Of a DNA stretch of 51,179 nt, positions 22,349-33,797 are shown in pieces. The notes below the pieces were generated by a model. It had not been told where the DNA came from and searched no databases. It worked only from the letters and a program-made list of their open reading frames with translations. Source of the DNA: Candidatus Altimarinota bacterium (GTDB lineage: Bacteria > Patescibacteriota > Gracilibacteria > BD1-5 > UBA6164); the NCBI GenBank assembly GCA_020631575.1, contig JAHDGX010000002.1, forward strand, positions 1-51,179, in the 5' to 3' direction. The position numbers were made by a program, and so were the translations under genes. Position 1 is the first letter of the stretch. Every line of letters begins with the position of its first letter.

Positions 22349-25300
22349 TTACCGTGCAACCTTTTGAGTTTCTAGATATTCTGATTTAAACTTCCCAACG
22401 AGTGGAGCAGTATCAGATAATAGTTTCGAACCAAAACTTACAATTGTACCTGGAGATAGTTGAGTTCATGTTTTCTCAATAAAGTATCTGTTATCAACAA
22501 GATTATCGATATCTCATGAGAGAGATCCATATACTACAAGTTGTTTTTCAGACTCGTCGGAGATAATATATCCTCCTCAAGCTGATGTAGGTATAGCAAT
22601 ATATGTTCCATCGAGTCTATCAACATCAGAAGCAATATTAATATTTCCTCCTTTCACTACAAATGCTACATTTCTATTTCCACTTACAATATCTTGCGTT
22701 AGATTCAGATCTCATCACTCTACGATATACGTTGTAGATTCCGTAAGTGTTGGGAGTGAACCAAGAGTGATGTTTTTCCCTTTAATAACAAATACATTTT
22801 TGAATCCATTATAGTTATCAAACTTATCATATCCACTTACAGTAGTGGTAGTAGGAGCCGTTTCAGTTGTAACTGAAGTTACATCATCTGTATACTCTGT
22901 TTTTTCATCTGCAACATCACTGATTACTACCATGTCTGTATTGTTCTCAGAATAACTTGATATTCATCCCGTACTTACTGAGGTCCCAACAAAGTTTTTG
23001 TTATCAGTATATCCTGAGATTCCTTGAGTAATCTTACTCACATCACCAGAAGTGTTAGATTTCACATATGAAGTTCCTCAACCAATTGTTACCACTGCAG
23101 GTTTTGCAACTCTCACATTAAGGTCTGCTGCAAAATATGCATTATATAGTTCCTCAATAGATCCATTATTATCAATATCATCTTTGATAGATGTAGTAAT
23201 TTTTGCTGATCCATAACTTTGTCCTGCTGGGATAGCGTTTTTATTTGAGATAAACTCTGGGTATACATACCTTGCAGTATCAGAAATAACTTGGTTATCA
23301 CTTACAGCTTTGTATACTCCATCACTTGTATCTTTTACTATGAAAAGTTTATTATATCCATAGAGCATTCTATTTTGCAAGTCAATACAAATTTCGTTTC
23401 CTGAAGCTTTATTTACAGAGTTATCACCATCAGTCTTTTTTACGCATAGTTTATCAAATGAATAATCATACTCTGATGTATTTTCGATGTATGGCCAAGC
23501 AGGTACTTTTGAAAGTACATTTTGATTGTGTCCAACTATGATGTCTTTCTCTGGTCCGAATTTGATTTCCCCACCTCTTGGAGTTGTAGAAATCTTAGGA
23601 TCAGGATTTCCAGATGAACTCCCCCCTGAACTTGAGCTCGTTGGCAATTTACATGTTGCACTACAAGCAAATCCTGGTTTACCATTGTCAGTTCCCATAT
23701 CACACTGTTCTCCTCTTTCTGGCTGCACAATACCATCACCACAAATAGGGTTTGTCTGGATTTGACATCTATCTTCTGTAATCCATTTATTGCTTCCTGA
23801 TGTTCCAATCTCATCTACCGAAAAAGTAGAGTCGACTGTTTTCTTTACGTAACACCTTGGGAATGGATCGCTACAAGAAAACTGCGCTGTTCTTGCCCCT
23901 GTAGTTTCTCTAATAAGAGCAGCACCAGTTTTTGGAGTAAGATATATATCGTCTCCTGTAGTTGCATCTGTTCCACATTTCATTGCGATTGATTGCACTC
24001 TATTATTTCCCCAACATGTATATGAGTTTCCAGGATTATCTATGATATCTGTACATCTCGCGGGTGATCAACTACTTGATGAAGATGATGAACTCGTTGG
24101 TGGAGTAACGTTAAGTGTTCTTTCACAGGTATTTGATGTAATAGTATCATTTACAAAACATTTAGCTGTATAAGTACCAATTGTACTCAGTGTTACTGTG
24201 CCAGTATTTTGGTTCAGAGTATTTACAATATTTCCTGCAGCATCTCTTACCTCAATTTTGTACGTACTTACATTAGTACCAGTACAAGTAAGTGTAGAAG
24301 TGAGAGTGCTTACGCTACTTGTTGGTGAAGCTGTAAGAGTGTTACATACAGCTACTACACCATTCTCAATGGTAATTGTTTCAATATCATGATCATCTTC
24401 ATCTCATCCGTCGTTACAACCTGCTGTAAGATCATTATCAACAAGGTTTGTTGTTTCACCATTTCCTCCTCTTACTCCATTTCCATTTGTATTATCTGGA
24501 TCACTATCACAGTCATCTCAGTCATCTCTGCTAATCTCAGCAAAGTTTGAAATACTTGCTGGGGCATTATCATCGATAGTAAATGTTATATCTAGATCAA
24601 CTGGCACTCCATTTGCTGGAAGGCTTGCTATAGTTCTCACTGCTGTAGAGCCTGATTGAGTCCAATTAGAATCATTAAGCGTAAGACCTGTAGGAATATA
24701 ATCTGTAATCTCTATGTTAGCTGCATCTATAGTACCTTGATTTACTACTCTTACTGTAAATGTTACGCTATCTCCTGTATTGAATGGTCCAGTAGATTTC
24801 AAAGTTTTTCTCAGAGCAAGATCATAAGCTGGTGTAATAACAGTAATTGTTTCAATATCATGATCATCTTCATCTCATCCGTCGTTACAACCTGCTGTAA
24901 GATCATTATCAACAAGGTTTGTTGTTTCACCATTTCCTCCTCTTACTCCATTTCCATTTGTATTATCTGGATCACTATCACAGTCATCTCAGTCATCTCT
25001 GCTAATCTCAGCAAAGTTTGAAATACTTGCTGGGGCATTATCATCGATAGTAAATGTTATATCTAGATCAACTGGCACTCCATTTGCTGGAAGGCTTGCT
25101 ATAGTTCTCACTGCTGTAGAGCCTGATTGAGTCCAATCAGAATCATTAAGCGTAAGACCTGTAGGAATATAATCTGTAATCTCAATATTAGAGGCATCTA
25201 TATTTCCTTGATTTACTACGGTTACTGTGAAAGTTACATCATCACCTTTAGTAAATGGTCATGCTGATTTGAGGGTCTTAATAAGTGCAAGATCATACAC

Positions 25301-26446
25301 CGGATCTGTTATAATAATTTCTTCAATATCATGGTCATCTTCATCTCCTCCATCAGTACAACCAGGCAATATTGCGTTATCAACAAGATTTGTTGTTTCA
25401 CCGTTTCACCCTCTGACTCCATTTCCATTTATATTGTCTGGATCACTATCACAATCATCCCCATCATCTCTGCTAATTTCAGCAAAATTCTGAATCACTC
25501 AAGTTGCGTCTGAATCAATAGTAAATGTAATAGGTAAACTTGTAGAAGAATCAGCAGCTAGAAATGGTATTACTCTAGTTGCTTTGTCTCACGATTGAAC
25601 CCATCAGCCATCAATAAGAGTAAGTCCATTTGGGATATAGTCTGTAATCTCTATATTATTCGCAGGAACATTTCATTGGTTTACAACGGTTATTGAGAAA
25701 GTAATATTTTCACCTGCTATAAATGGAGCCGCAGAATTTTGAGCCAAGGTTTTAAATAATGCAAGATCATATCTACTTTCAACACCACAAGTACTACTAC
25801 ATCCGTCACCTCCAACCGAATTACCATCATCACATGTTTCACCTTGATCCGTTTCTAATATCCCATCACCACAATATCGTAGCTCAATATTAAAACACTC
25901 ATTTTCATGAATCTCATAATCTTCAACTTTATAGTGTGGGTAAGTCTTTGTACTATGTGACCAAGCTCATGAATTGAAATTGTATTGGGTATAATTTTTC
26001 ACTCTAGTATTGGAACCATTTTGAGTAATTTTACCATGTTTAATGTTATACACAAACTGTAAATTTCTTTTTGAATTGTCTGTCGGTTTATGGAAAAAAC
26101 ACTGGGCACCAAATGCTACTACCCTAGTGTTATTTCCAGGGGCAACTTCGCTTTTTCTTTGCCAAGCATCAGAAGTTGTACATCATGAAACAAGGCTTGC
26201 ATCAGATCTCCAAAAAGATATCTTTGAAGTAGTAAGAGCTATATATCTATCTTCATCACTCCACATATCATCTATAAGATACCTATCAATTGTTTGTCAA
26301 TTTATATAGTATGATTTCTCTCTTAGTGCTCATGTACACTGGGCATCTCATAGCTTAGAAGATATTTCTTCTACAATTGCTGCCTGAGAGACAGAGGGGA
26401 TAAAAAATATACTTACTAGTATACTAAAGAGTACTATTCTTCTCAT
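22349..26446 (-). CDS. Large secreted surface protein (1365 aa) with Cys-rich (DUF4215-like) motifs and three DUF11-like Ig domains
   Basis: Signal peptide [45 protein letters not shown] and [17 protein letters not shown]; 3x YDLALxKT...VxFTxxVVNQG...EITDYIPxGL; one frame to TAA at 22349. Confidence 0.85.
24372..25780. repeat. Three ~471-bp (157-aa) tandem domain repeats
   Basis: 24372-24712 and 24843-25183 are identical apart from one base I could find; the third unit (~25314-25780) is diverged. Confidence 0.9.
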
Positions 26447-26604
26447 AATTCAGAGTTAGGAATATAATTTACATCTTGTACTGGTGGAAAAACCTGCTCA
26501 TCTTGAGTTGGTTCTTGCTCTGTAACAATTTCTGTATTTGTTTGTGATGTACATGATACTAAGATCATTAGTCATAATGCACATGCTGTTTTTCTCTTAA
26601 ACAT
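26434..26604 (-). CDS. Small lipoprotein (56 aa; absent from ORF track)
   Basis: [56 protein letters not shown]; lipobox LVSC; overlaps the next start codon. Confidence 0.65.
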
Positions 26605-26639
26605 AATATATTAAATTTATAAAAATTAAAAAGTCAAAT

Positions 26640-27776
26640 TTAAATGTATTTTTTAAACATTTCTCACCACCATGATAGAATCATTCACGTAATGTCCTCT
26701 TCATCTTGTCATCGAAACATCATACTTCAGCCAAGACAGTTTATCTCGAGAAATCGGTATTCCCCATTCGGCAATTCTACAAACTCTATGACTCATACTT
26801 CTATATTATTAGCTTTGAGTATATAATTTGCTGTTTCATTCATCTTTTTGGTTACTCCTTTTTTGTCATGAACACTCCAGGATACTTTCATATTCCTTCA
26901 TGTCGTCATAGTAGCCATTTTAGACATTTCGTCTTTAGTATTATGATTTTTTTTCTTTTTTACAGAATGTAGGTCATAAGAATTACTTTCAAACGTATAA
27001 TAGAGACGGGTCTCTTCTTTTATGTCGTAAAAATCAACGAAGTATAAATCTGGGTCAAACTCAGATATTTTAGATATGTATTTTAGAAACATATATTCTA
27101 ACATCTGATCATCTCACACATACTTTTCAGTATCTACGAGAGTAATGTGCTTTCCATTATCTGTATGGCTAGATTTTTTTAGTAACATGAATTTCTCTCC
27201 CGTTACATCAAGCCATAACTTAAAAAGTTGCTGTATACTATAGGTATTTCTGCTATACATAAGTGGAAGCATAAAATTTCAAATTAACTCACTCCTTAAT
27301 TCATAGATATTTGTAATATGTGCTGTTTTTTCTTGTTTTAGGTTTTTTAAGTCCTTGTTTGGATATATAAGCCTAGGAAAATTCTCATTAATTACTGAAA
27401 CCTTATCCCATAGTACCCAAAAGGGATTTGTGAAAGAGTTTCTACTCGTACAAAAGTAGGTGTTTTTCTCCGAAATCTTAATCCACTGTTTATCAAAAAG
27501 CCATAAGTCTTCATTTAAGATAACCATGTTATTTTTATACACCCAATTAATTTTATTTGGTGGTATATCATAATCTTCCCAAACCTTTTTTATAAACATC
27601 CAAGCCTCCAAAATCAGACTATTATAGGTCGTATTCTCAGTCCGAACATCGACCCTATAATACTTGTCTTTTATGAGGTCATTGATATCTCATTTATTTT
27701 GAATATCGCTTATACTATCCATAAAGAACATGTAGTCTTTTTGTGATATTGCAGACAGGATGTAATAAAATTTCAT
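26640..27776 (-). CDS. Divergent ATP-grasp ligase (RimK/graspetide-synthetase-like), 378 aa
   Basis: Code-25 join of fragments 27279-27611 and 26898-27104. Motifs in ATP-grasp order: NPFWVLWDK, MLLKKSSHTDNGKHITLV, FVDFYDIKEETRLYY, GVIEFVELPNGEYRFLEINCLGG (E-x-N metal motif). Confidence 0.72.
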
Positions 27777-27807
27777 ACTCTAAATCTCTTTTTGATAAAT
27801 CTGGTAA

Positions 27808-30800
27808 CTATTCCTCTCCATCATCTGGATCTGAAGGGGTTTCTTCTGATCATGTTCCAACCTCTTCTGATCCCGTACCTTCTGAACCTGTATCGTTAGG
27901 ATCTGTTTCTGTTCCAGTTCCTTCTGTCCCAGTTCCTTCCGTTCCAGTTCCTTCCGTTCCAGTTCCTTCCGTTCCAGTTCCTTCTGTCCCAGTTCCTTCC
28001 GTTCCAGTTCCTTCCGTTCCAGTTCCTTCCGTTCCAGTTCCTTCTGTCCCAGTTCCTTCACTTCCGGTTGAGTCGTTTTCCGATCCAGTTCATGCTGGCT
28101 CTGGCTCTGGAAGAGTTGTAATATCAGGATTTTTAACATCCGTTACGAGGTCACTCGATGTGTCATGAAACTGTGAAGTACAGAGTGCTCCAAGTACACC
28201 ACATGGAAGACCGTTTCTAAGGAAGTTATATCCTTCAGCTAATATTGGTGGAGCTCAGTTGAGTAATACAACTTTTTCTGATGGTCCACATCTAATAAGT
28301 CCTTGATCGTCTGCCATTCTAAGACCTCACTCAGTGTTTGTCGTAACAACTCCAAGATATCTATATGAGCTAAGTGTAAGAGCTTGTTGCCCTAGGTCTG
28401 AATTCATTCTCTCTTCAGCAGTAGCAAATTCTTGCATATCACTCACTTCTCCTGTCGTGGCATTATATATAGCGATTGTATATTTCCCTGTTTCTGGACT
28501 AATTCCTCACATAATAAATGTATTTTCTGACCTGTCTCATGTTTCTGCATGTTTTAGACCAAAAGAGATATCATCCATTGCCAAAAAGCTTGCTTCATTT
28601 TCACTCATAATTTCAGCATATTTATCTGGGTTTTCTCTTCTCACCTCATCCATAGCTCCTGAGAGCGTTTTAGCAGAAATATCTACTTCGGAATCAGTTG
28701 CAGCTTCAGCTTGAGCATCGTGATATGCAGTATAGTCAACAACACCCTGATTATCAGTATAATCAGAAATATCTGCAAGAGAATCTTTATACTCTCTGAG
28801 TTCTGTATACCATGATTCTTCCGTAAGACCTCCTGTTTGAGAATTTATATCGTAAATCCTATCAATAAGAGACCTACTTGCCTCAAGACTCATATTTCCT
28901 GACATGATTTCTCCCGAAAGTCATTCTCTATTTGCTCCTGAAGCAGAAAGTTCAAACCATCTTGATGTTACTGTCTCACTTCCTGTTAGTCTTGTTCCTT
29001 GATATACAGCCTCCGATGTTGATGAGCCATCAAAACTTACTAGTGCTCCCGTGTGGTCTGCAGTAAAACGCTCAGTGGTAATTGTTTGATAATCATTCAC
29101 AAAAGTTCTGTGAATATCTTTATGTATTCTTGGTCTTCCTCTAAGCCCATTATTAATCTCCCCTCTTACACCTGCTTGATCCACAACATCAGCATCAGGA
29201 TATCAAACTGATACACCAAGTATAGCTCCTAGGGCATTCATACCTGTATCCAATCCCCCCCTTACATTTGCGAGCTTAATAAGTTCTCCTATCTCAGCTG
29301 CTTTAGCAATATATGATGCATGGATAGTAGTTATTAGGTTGACCGTATTTGAATTTATGTCCAATTGTTCACCTGGTTGATCAGCAAATATATCACTACT
29401 CATTTTAATTACTGATATGAGCATATCTCCTGTAACTTGTGTAGATTCTAAATGTGATCCAGTATCACCAAAGTATGATAGTGCTTCTCTTAACTCTAGA
29501 ACTTGGGCTGCGTTCATGTTTCTCATTGATTCAATAAGTTCTCTCACTCATTGAGTGTCAGCTTCTATCATCTCTACAAGTTCTGTGTTTGCTCCACCAT
29601 TTGTAAGTTCATTTATATAAGCATCCAGTTCAGATTTCTGTGCAGCTTCGAGAGCTGCTTGAGCTTGACTTATCGCTTGTTGGTTTTGGTCTGCGGCATC
29701 TGTAGCAGCTACTGCTTCAGCTGTCTGTGCATTTACAATTCATCTTGCTTCTAAAACTGCTGTATCTGCAGCTTCATCATTTGTATTTGCTGTATCTTGT
29801 GCAGTAATAGCCAAATCAAGAGCTGTCTGAGCATCTGCTGCTGCTTTTCTTGCCGTATCTACTGCTGCTTGAGCTTGAGCTACTGCTGTATCTGCAGCTT
29901 CATCATTTGTATTTGCTGTATCTTGTGCAGTAATAGCCAAATCAAGAGCTGTCTGAGCATCTGCTGCTGCTTTTCTTGCCGTATCTACTGCTGCTTGAGC
30001 TTGAGCTACTGCTGTATCTGCAGCTTCATCATTTGTATTTGCTGTATCTTGTGCAGTAATAGCCAAATCAAGAGCTGTCTGAGCTGTAGATGCTCAAGAT
30101 TCTGAAGTTTTAAGAGCCACATATGCCTCAGCATGAGCAACTAAATCAACTGCAACACTCCCGTCAGAGTTTAATTTTCAAGTTACATAGTTTATAAGAT
30201 CTTGATTCGAGTCAAAATTTAATGCATCTAGATCAATAGCAGCATCTACTGTATTTCCCCAATTTGCTCATGAATAATTGATGGCTAATTTTCAATTTGA
30301 ACGTATGAATAATGGGTCAGATGCAACAATATTCCATGAACCAATTTGATCAGAAATCGCTTGCAAAAGTGCCTGTCTATTTCTGGCAGTTACAAGTGAG
30401 GCTTCAGGATCAGATAAATCTGACAAATAGTCATCAGAGTATCCAAATGCATCAAAAGCTGCTTGTGCTGTTGATTCGTTCATTCTTGCTTGAGAAGCAA
30501 TGGTTCTTGCTTGAAGAAGCTGCGTATTCGCTGAATCAAGAGCTTCTTGAGCCTGTGTAGCTTGAGTTGTTGCAAAAGTTAATGCTGCTTCTCGTACTGC
30601 AAATCTCTCATCGGCTGCTCCATCAACAGATTCCGCTCTTGCAAGTTCTGCATTTGCTGAATCAAGAGCTTCTTGAGCCTGTGTAGCTTGAGTTGTTGCA
30701 AAAGTTAATGCTGCTTCTCGTACTGCAAATCTCTCATCGGCTGCTCCATCAACAGATTCCGCTCTTGCAAGTTCTGCATTTGCTGAATCAAGAGCTTCTT

Positions 30801-31668
30801 GAGTTTCAGTCGCTCTTTTAGTAGCCGTATCTAGATCTCTTACAGCTTGTCCTGCCTCAAACGTTTCTCTCGCAGCTGCAACTCTTAGTGATTCATCTGA
30901 TCATTCTACAGCTTCTAACTTAGCTGCCGTATCATTCAAAGCACCTTGAGCTTCAGCAGTTTGAGCTGCAAGAGCTTCTGCTGCTTCGCTTTGTTTGTAT
31001 TCGTTGAATGCACTCGTTGAGCTTGATCCAATGGAACCTCTCGTTCCATTAGTATTATATCATAGGGCTGTAAGAGCGAGTTGAACAGCTACTCTCTCAT
31101 CTAAACTGAGAGCTTTTACCTCATCTATAGTGGCATATCCTGAAAGAAGTTCTTTTGCCTGCGATACTTCGAGTTCTCTTGCCTCTCTAGCTGCTTGAGC
31201 TTCAGCTATTTTATCTTTTAATACTGAGTTAGTCATTTGGATTAGGAGAGAGATTCTTCCTTGGTCAATTACACCTCCGTCATAATCACTCATTATTTCT
31301 TTGAGAACTCTTTTTGTACCATTTCAGATTCTACCATCTACCGTAATAGTTGATTTATCAGAAGCTTTCAAAAAGAGATTCATGATGAATTGAACAGTTT
31401 TTTGCTCTTTCATTGTTGGATTGTCTTTAGCGCTATCTGGAGTAACATCTCCAAGTTCAGCAGCAATTTCTCCAGCAATAGAAAGCTCTCACTCCATTTT
31501 AGCTAGAATAGCTTCCTGAGCTTCGGGAATACTGCTAAGAGCCTCAATGTCTGACATACTGATTTCTTTATCAGCAATTGCAGTATCTACAGCAGGAGTA
31601 TCCATTCCTTGGTAGTTCGCTACGGTAAGCATAAACAGTGTTCTATAGTTTCGTAGTAGTGTAAACAT
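27808..31668 (-). CDS. Giant (1286 aa) Ala-rich coiled-coil protein with two PG-binding-like motifs and an acidic (GTGTE)n tail
   Basis: Six track fragments in one frame; TVDGRIGNGTKRVL and VQLALTALGYNTNGTRGSIGSSSTSAF; two 126-bp repeat blocks; ends PSDPDDGEE-TAG. Alternative start at 31632. Confidence 0.82.
27908..28057. repeat. 15-bp minisatellite x10 encoding (GTGTE)10
   Basis: Units TCTGTCCCAGTTCCT (A) and TCCGTTCCAGTTCCT (B) arranged A'-ABBB-ABBB-A. Confidence 0.95.
29756..30084. repeat. 126-bp tandem repeat x~2.6 (42 aa)
   Basis: Copies start at 29756, 29882 and 30008; unit DTAVAQAQAAVDTARKAAADAQTALDLAITAQDTANTNDEAA. Confidence 0.95.
30530..30803. repeat. Second, different 126-bp tandem repeat x~2.2 (42 aa)
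   Basis: GCTGAATCAAGAGCTTCTTGAG recurs at 30530, 30656 and 30782; unit QEALDSANAELARAESVDGAADERFAVREAALTFATTQATQA. Confidence 0.95.
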
Positions 31669-31803
31669 AATATATGTTTTATAAAGTAATGTATTTGTGT
31701 TTGCGAAACAATTTACCTATTTATACTACCATACTTAAAAACAAAGATGCAAAAATAATAACTTGACGATAAATATATTTTAAGTTAGTAAAAGTAAACT
31801 ATC

Positions 31804-31837
31804 AAAAAACCTCTTTCATCACCGAAAGAGGTTTTTT
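31804..31837 (-). terminator. Intrinsic terminator of the LPXTG gene
   Basis: AAAAAACCTCTTTC...GAAAGAGGTTTTTT. Confidence 0.8.
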
Positions 31838-31851
31838 ATATCAATATATTA

Positions 31852-32535
31852 TTATCTATTTCTAAATTTTAGAAATCCGAATCCTAGCATAAGAGCTACA
31901 AATGCAAGAAGTAAATGTTCAGCTCCGGTTTCTGGAAGTCTTGGAGGTTGTGGTACTGATGGTGGAACTTCTCCTGCTCCTGAAGTGTATAGTACACACT
32001 CTCTATGTTGTAGCGTATCAGTAGATGGAGCTCCATCTGCTTCAATGTTATGTACTGCGATATCATATACTATCATCCCAACGTTTCCTCCGGCAGCAAC
32101 TGGGTTATTTGTGAGTTGGTAGGCACTTCCTACTGTAGATTCAATCCATTTTACACTACTACCTGCAGAAAGGACGTTTCAAAGTGACTCATCACTATAT
32201 AAGGCATCTAGATCTGAAGTGTATGTCCAAAAATCTACACTATCGCTTGCTGTAACTTCTGTCCATGAAGCTCCTCCGAGTGATACAATTCTTGGCATTT
32301 CTTGTTCTTCTTTGAATAATACCTGATCTGTTGTTCCATCATTATTCCAGATATCATCAAGAAGTCCTTTATTATCTCCTTGAGATACAGCTCCTCAAGT
32401 AAAACATTGATCACAACTATTTGCAGCGTAAACAGAGTCAGCACTACATGTTACTTCTTCATACGCAGCGTATGTGCTTGTTGTCATATAAGCAAGCATA
32501 ATCCCTGCTGCTATGATTTTTGAAAATGATTTCAT
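31852..32535 (-). CDS. Secreted protein with LPXTG cell-wall sorting signal (227 aa)
   Basis: Signal peptide MKSFSKIIAAGIMLAYGTTSTYA; C-terminal Pro linker, LPETG, hydrophobic helix and KFRNR tail. Confidence 0.85.
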
Positions 32536-32633
32536 AAACTTAAAGACTTAATAATATATTATAACGAGGATATATTACGAGAGAGTCGGCTTTCTGTCAA
32601 TAAAAAATGAGCATTCTGGAAAGGGAAGAATAT

Positions 32634-33797
32634 TTACTTTTTTATTATTTTATTTACAAATAATTGTTGAAATATCGCAAAGAGTGTCGATATTCCCCAG
32701 TAGAGTCATACCCCAGCAATCAAAGTAAATGTAAATATTCATACCATAACTGGCATACCATAAAGCATAAATTTATTCATCATTTCTGGATCTGGCATCA
32801 TGGAGCTATAATCGTCAGCTCACTTCTTTTTCTCAAGAACTACATCATTTTTTTCTGGGATTGGTCTTCCTGCAAGAGAGAGTTTCACTTGTATATATTG
32901 AATAAGAGCAACCGTAAGGGCTAACGCGAGTCACGCAAGTCAACCTGATTGCAATAAGTCCATACCGAAAAAATCATAATCTATTTGAGAAATATGAAAA
33001 TCTGAGAGGAAGTTATAAAGATAAAATTCGTTTTTAAGTGATGTAATATTCATAATAATATTATAAATCACAATGAGGATAGGCATTTGAATGATTAAGA
33101 ATCCACATGAACCCATAGGATTTACACCTTCGTCTTTATAAAGCTTCATGAGATCCATACCCATAGCTTGTTGATTTCCTTTATGTTTTTCTTGAAGTTT
33201 CTTAATTTTTGGCTGAATAGCCTGCATCTTTCTTTGTGAAACCATCATCTTGTGTTGTGGAAAAAGCAAGAGAATACGAATGAGTATCGTTATTGCTACT
33301 ATTGCCATGCCTAGAGAGTTTCCAAAAAATGCTATGAGGTAAGAAAGGAGGTTGTATAGTGGAGCATAAAACAGAGCAATAAACACTTTTCCTATAGTTC
33401 CCCTATATTTTACTTCTACTGGCTCAATAAACTGCTTGTCTTCGTAATTAAATGAAAAAACATAGTCTCAAGGTTGAGTGAATAAATCATACTGAGGGGC
33501 AAGAGATAGATTATATGTACCCAAAGCCTCTAACTCAACATCTTCACATATTTCTTTTGGGAGAGATATCTGGTCTCCTGACGATCTGATATCTAGATTC
33601 TCACAGGTATTAAAGCTCATTGTATCTGTAGTAGAATTTTCAATCTGGATATCAATTCCTGCTGGAACCTTATAAGATGATTTAGCAACCTGAAACTGTA
33701 TTCCTGAGAGTGTTTGCTTTTCCTGATTTCCAGAAAAATAAGAAAACAAAAGAAAGAATATTGCCGTAAATAAGAGTATATCTATGTATTTTTTCAT
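32634..33797 (-). CDS. yidC: Membrane protein insertase YidC (387 aa)
   Basis: GMAIVAITILIRILL, MQAIQPKIKKLQEKH, LYKDEGVNPMGSC...IQMPI; downstream of rpmH-rnpA. Confidence 0.95.

Noticed and set aside
24372..25300. DGR template/variable repeat pair
   Set aside because: Both copies are in-frame domains of one gene, mismatches are not adenine-specific, and no reverse transcriptase is in the window.
27743..28168. ORF-track proteins (SVPVP)n on + and (KELER)n on -
   Set aside because: Shadow frames of the 15-bp repeat; the frame continuous with the 1286-aa gene reads (GTGTE)n.
29551..30105. Cys-rich + strand ORFs resembling metallothionein or RiPP precursors
   Set aside because: Antisense of Ala codons (GCA reads TGC) in the coiled-coil repeats.
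27908..30803. CRISPR array
   Set aside because: Repeats are head-to-tail without unique spacers, are multiples of 3 inside a CDS, and no cas genes are present.
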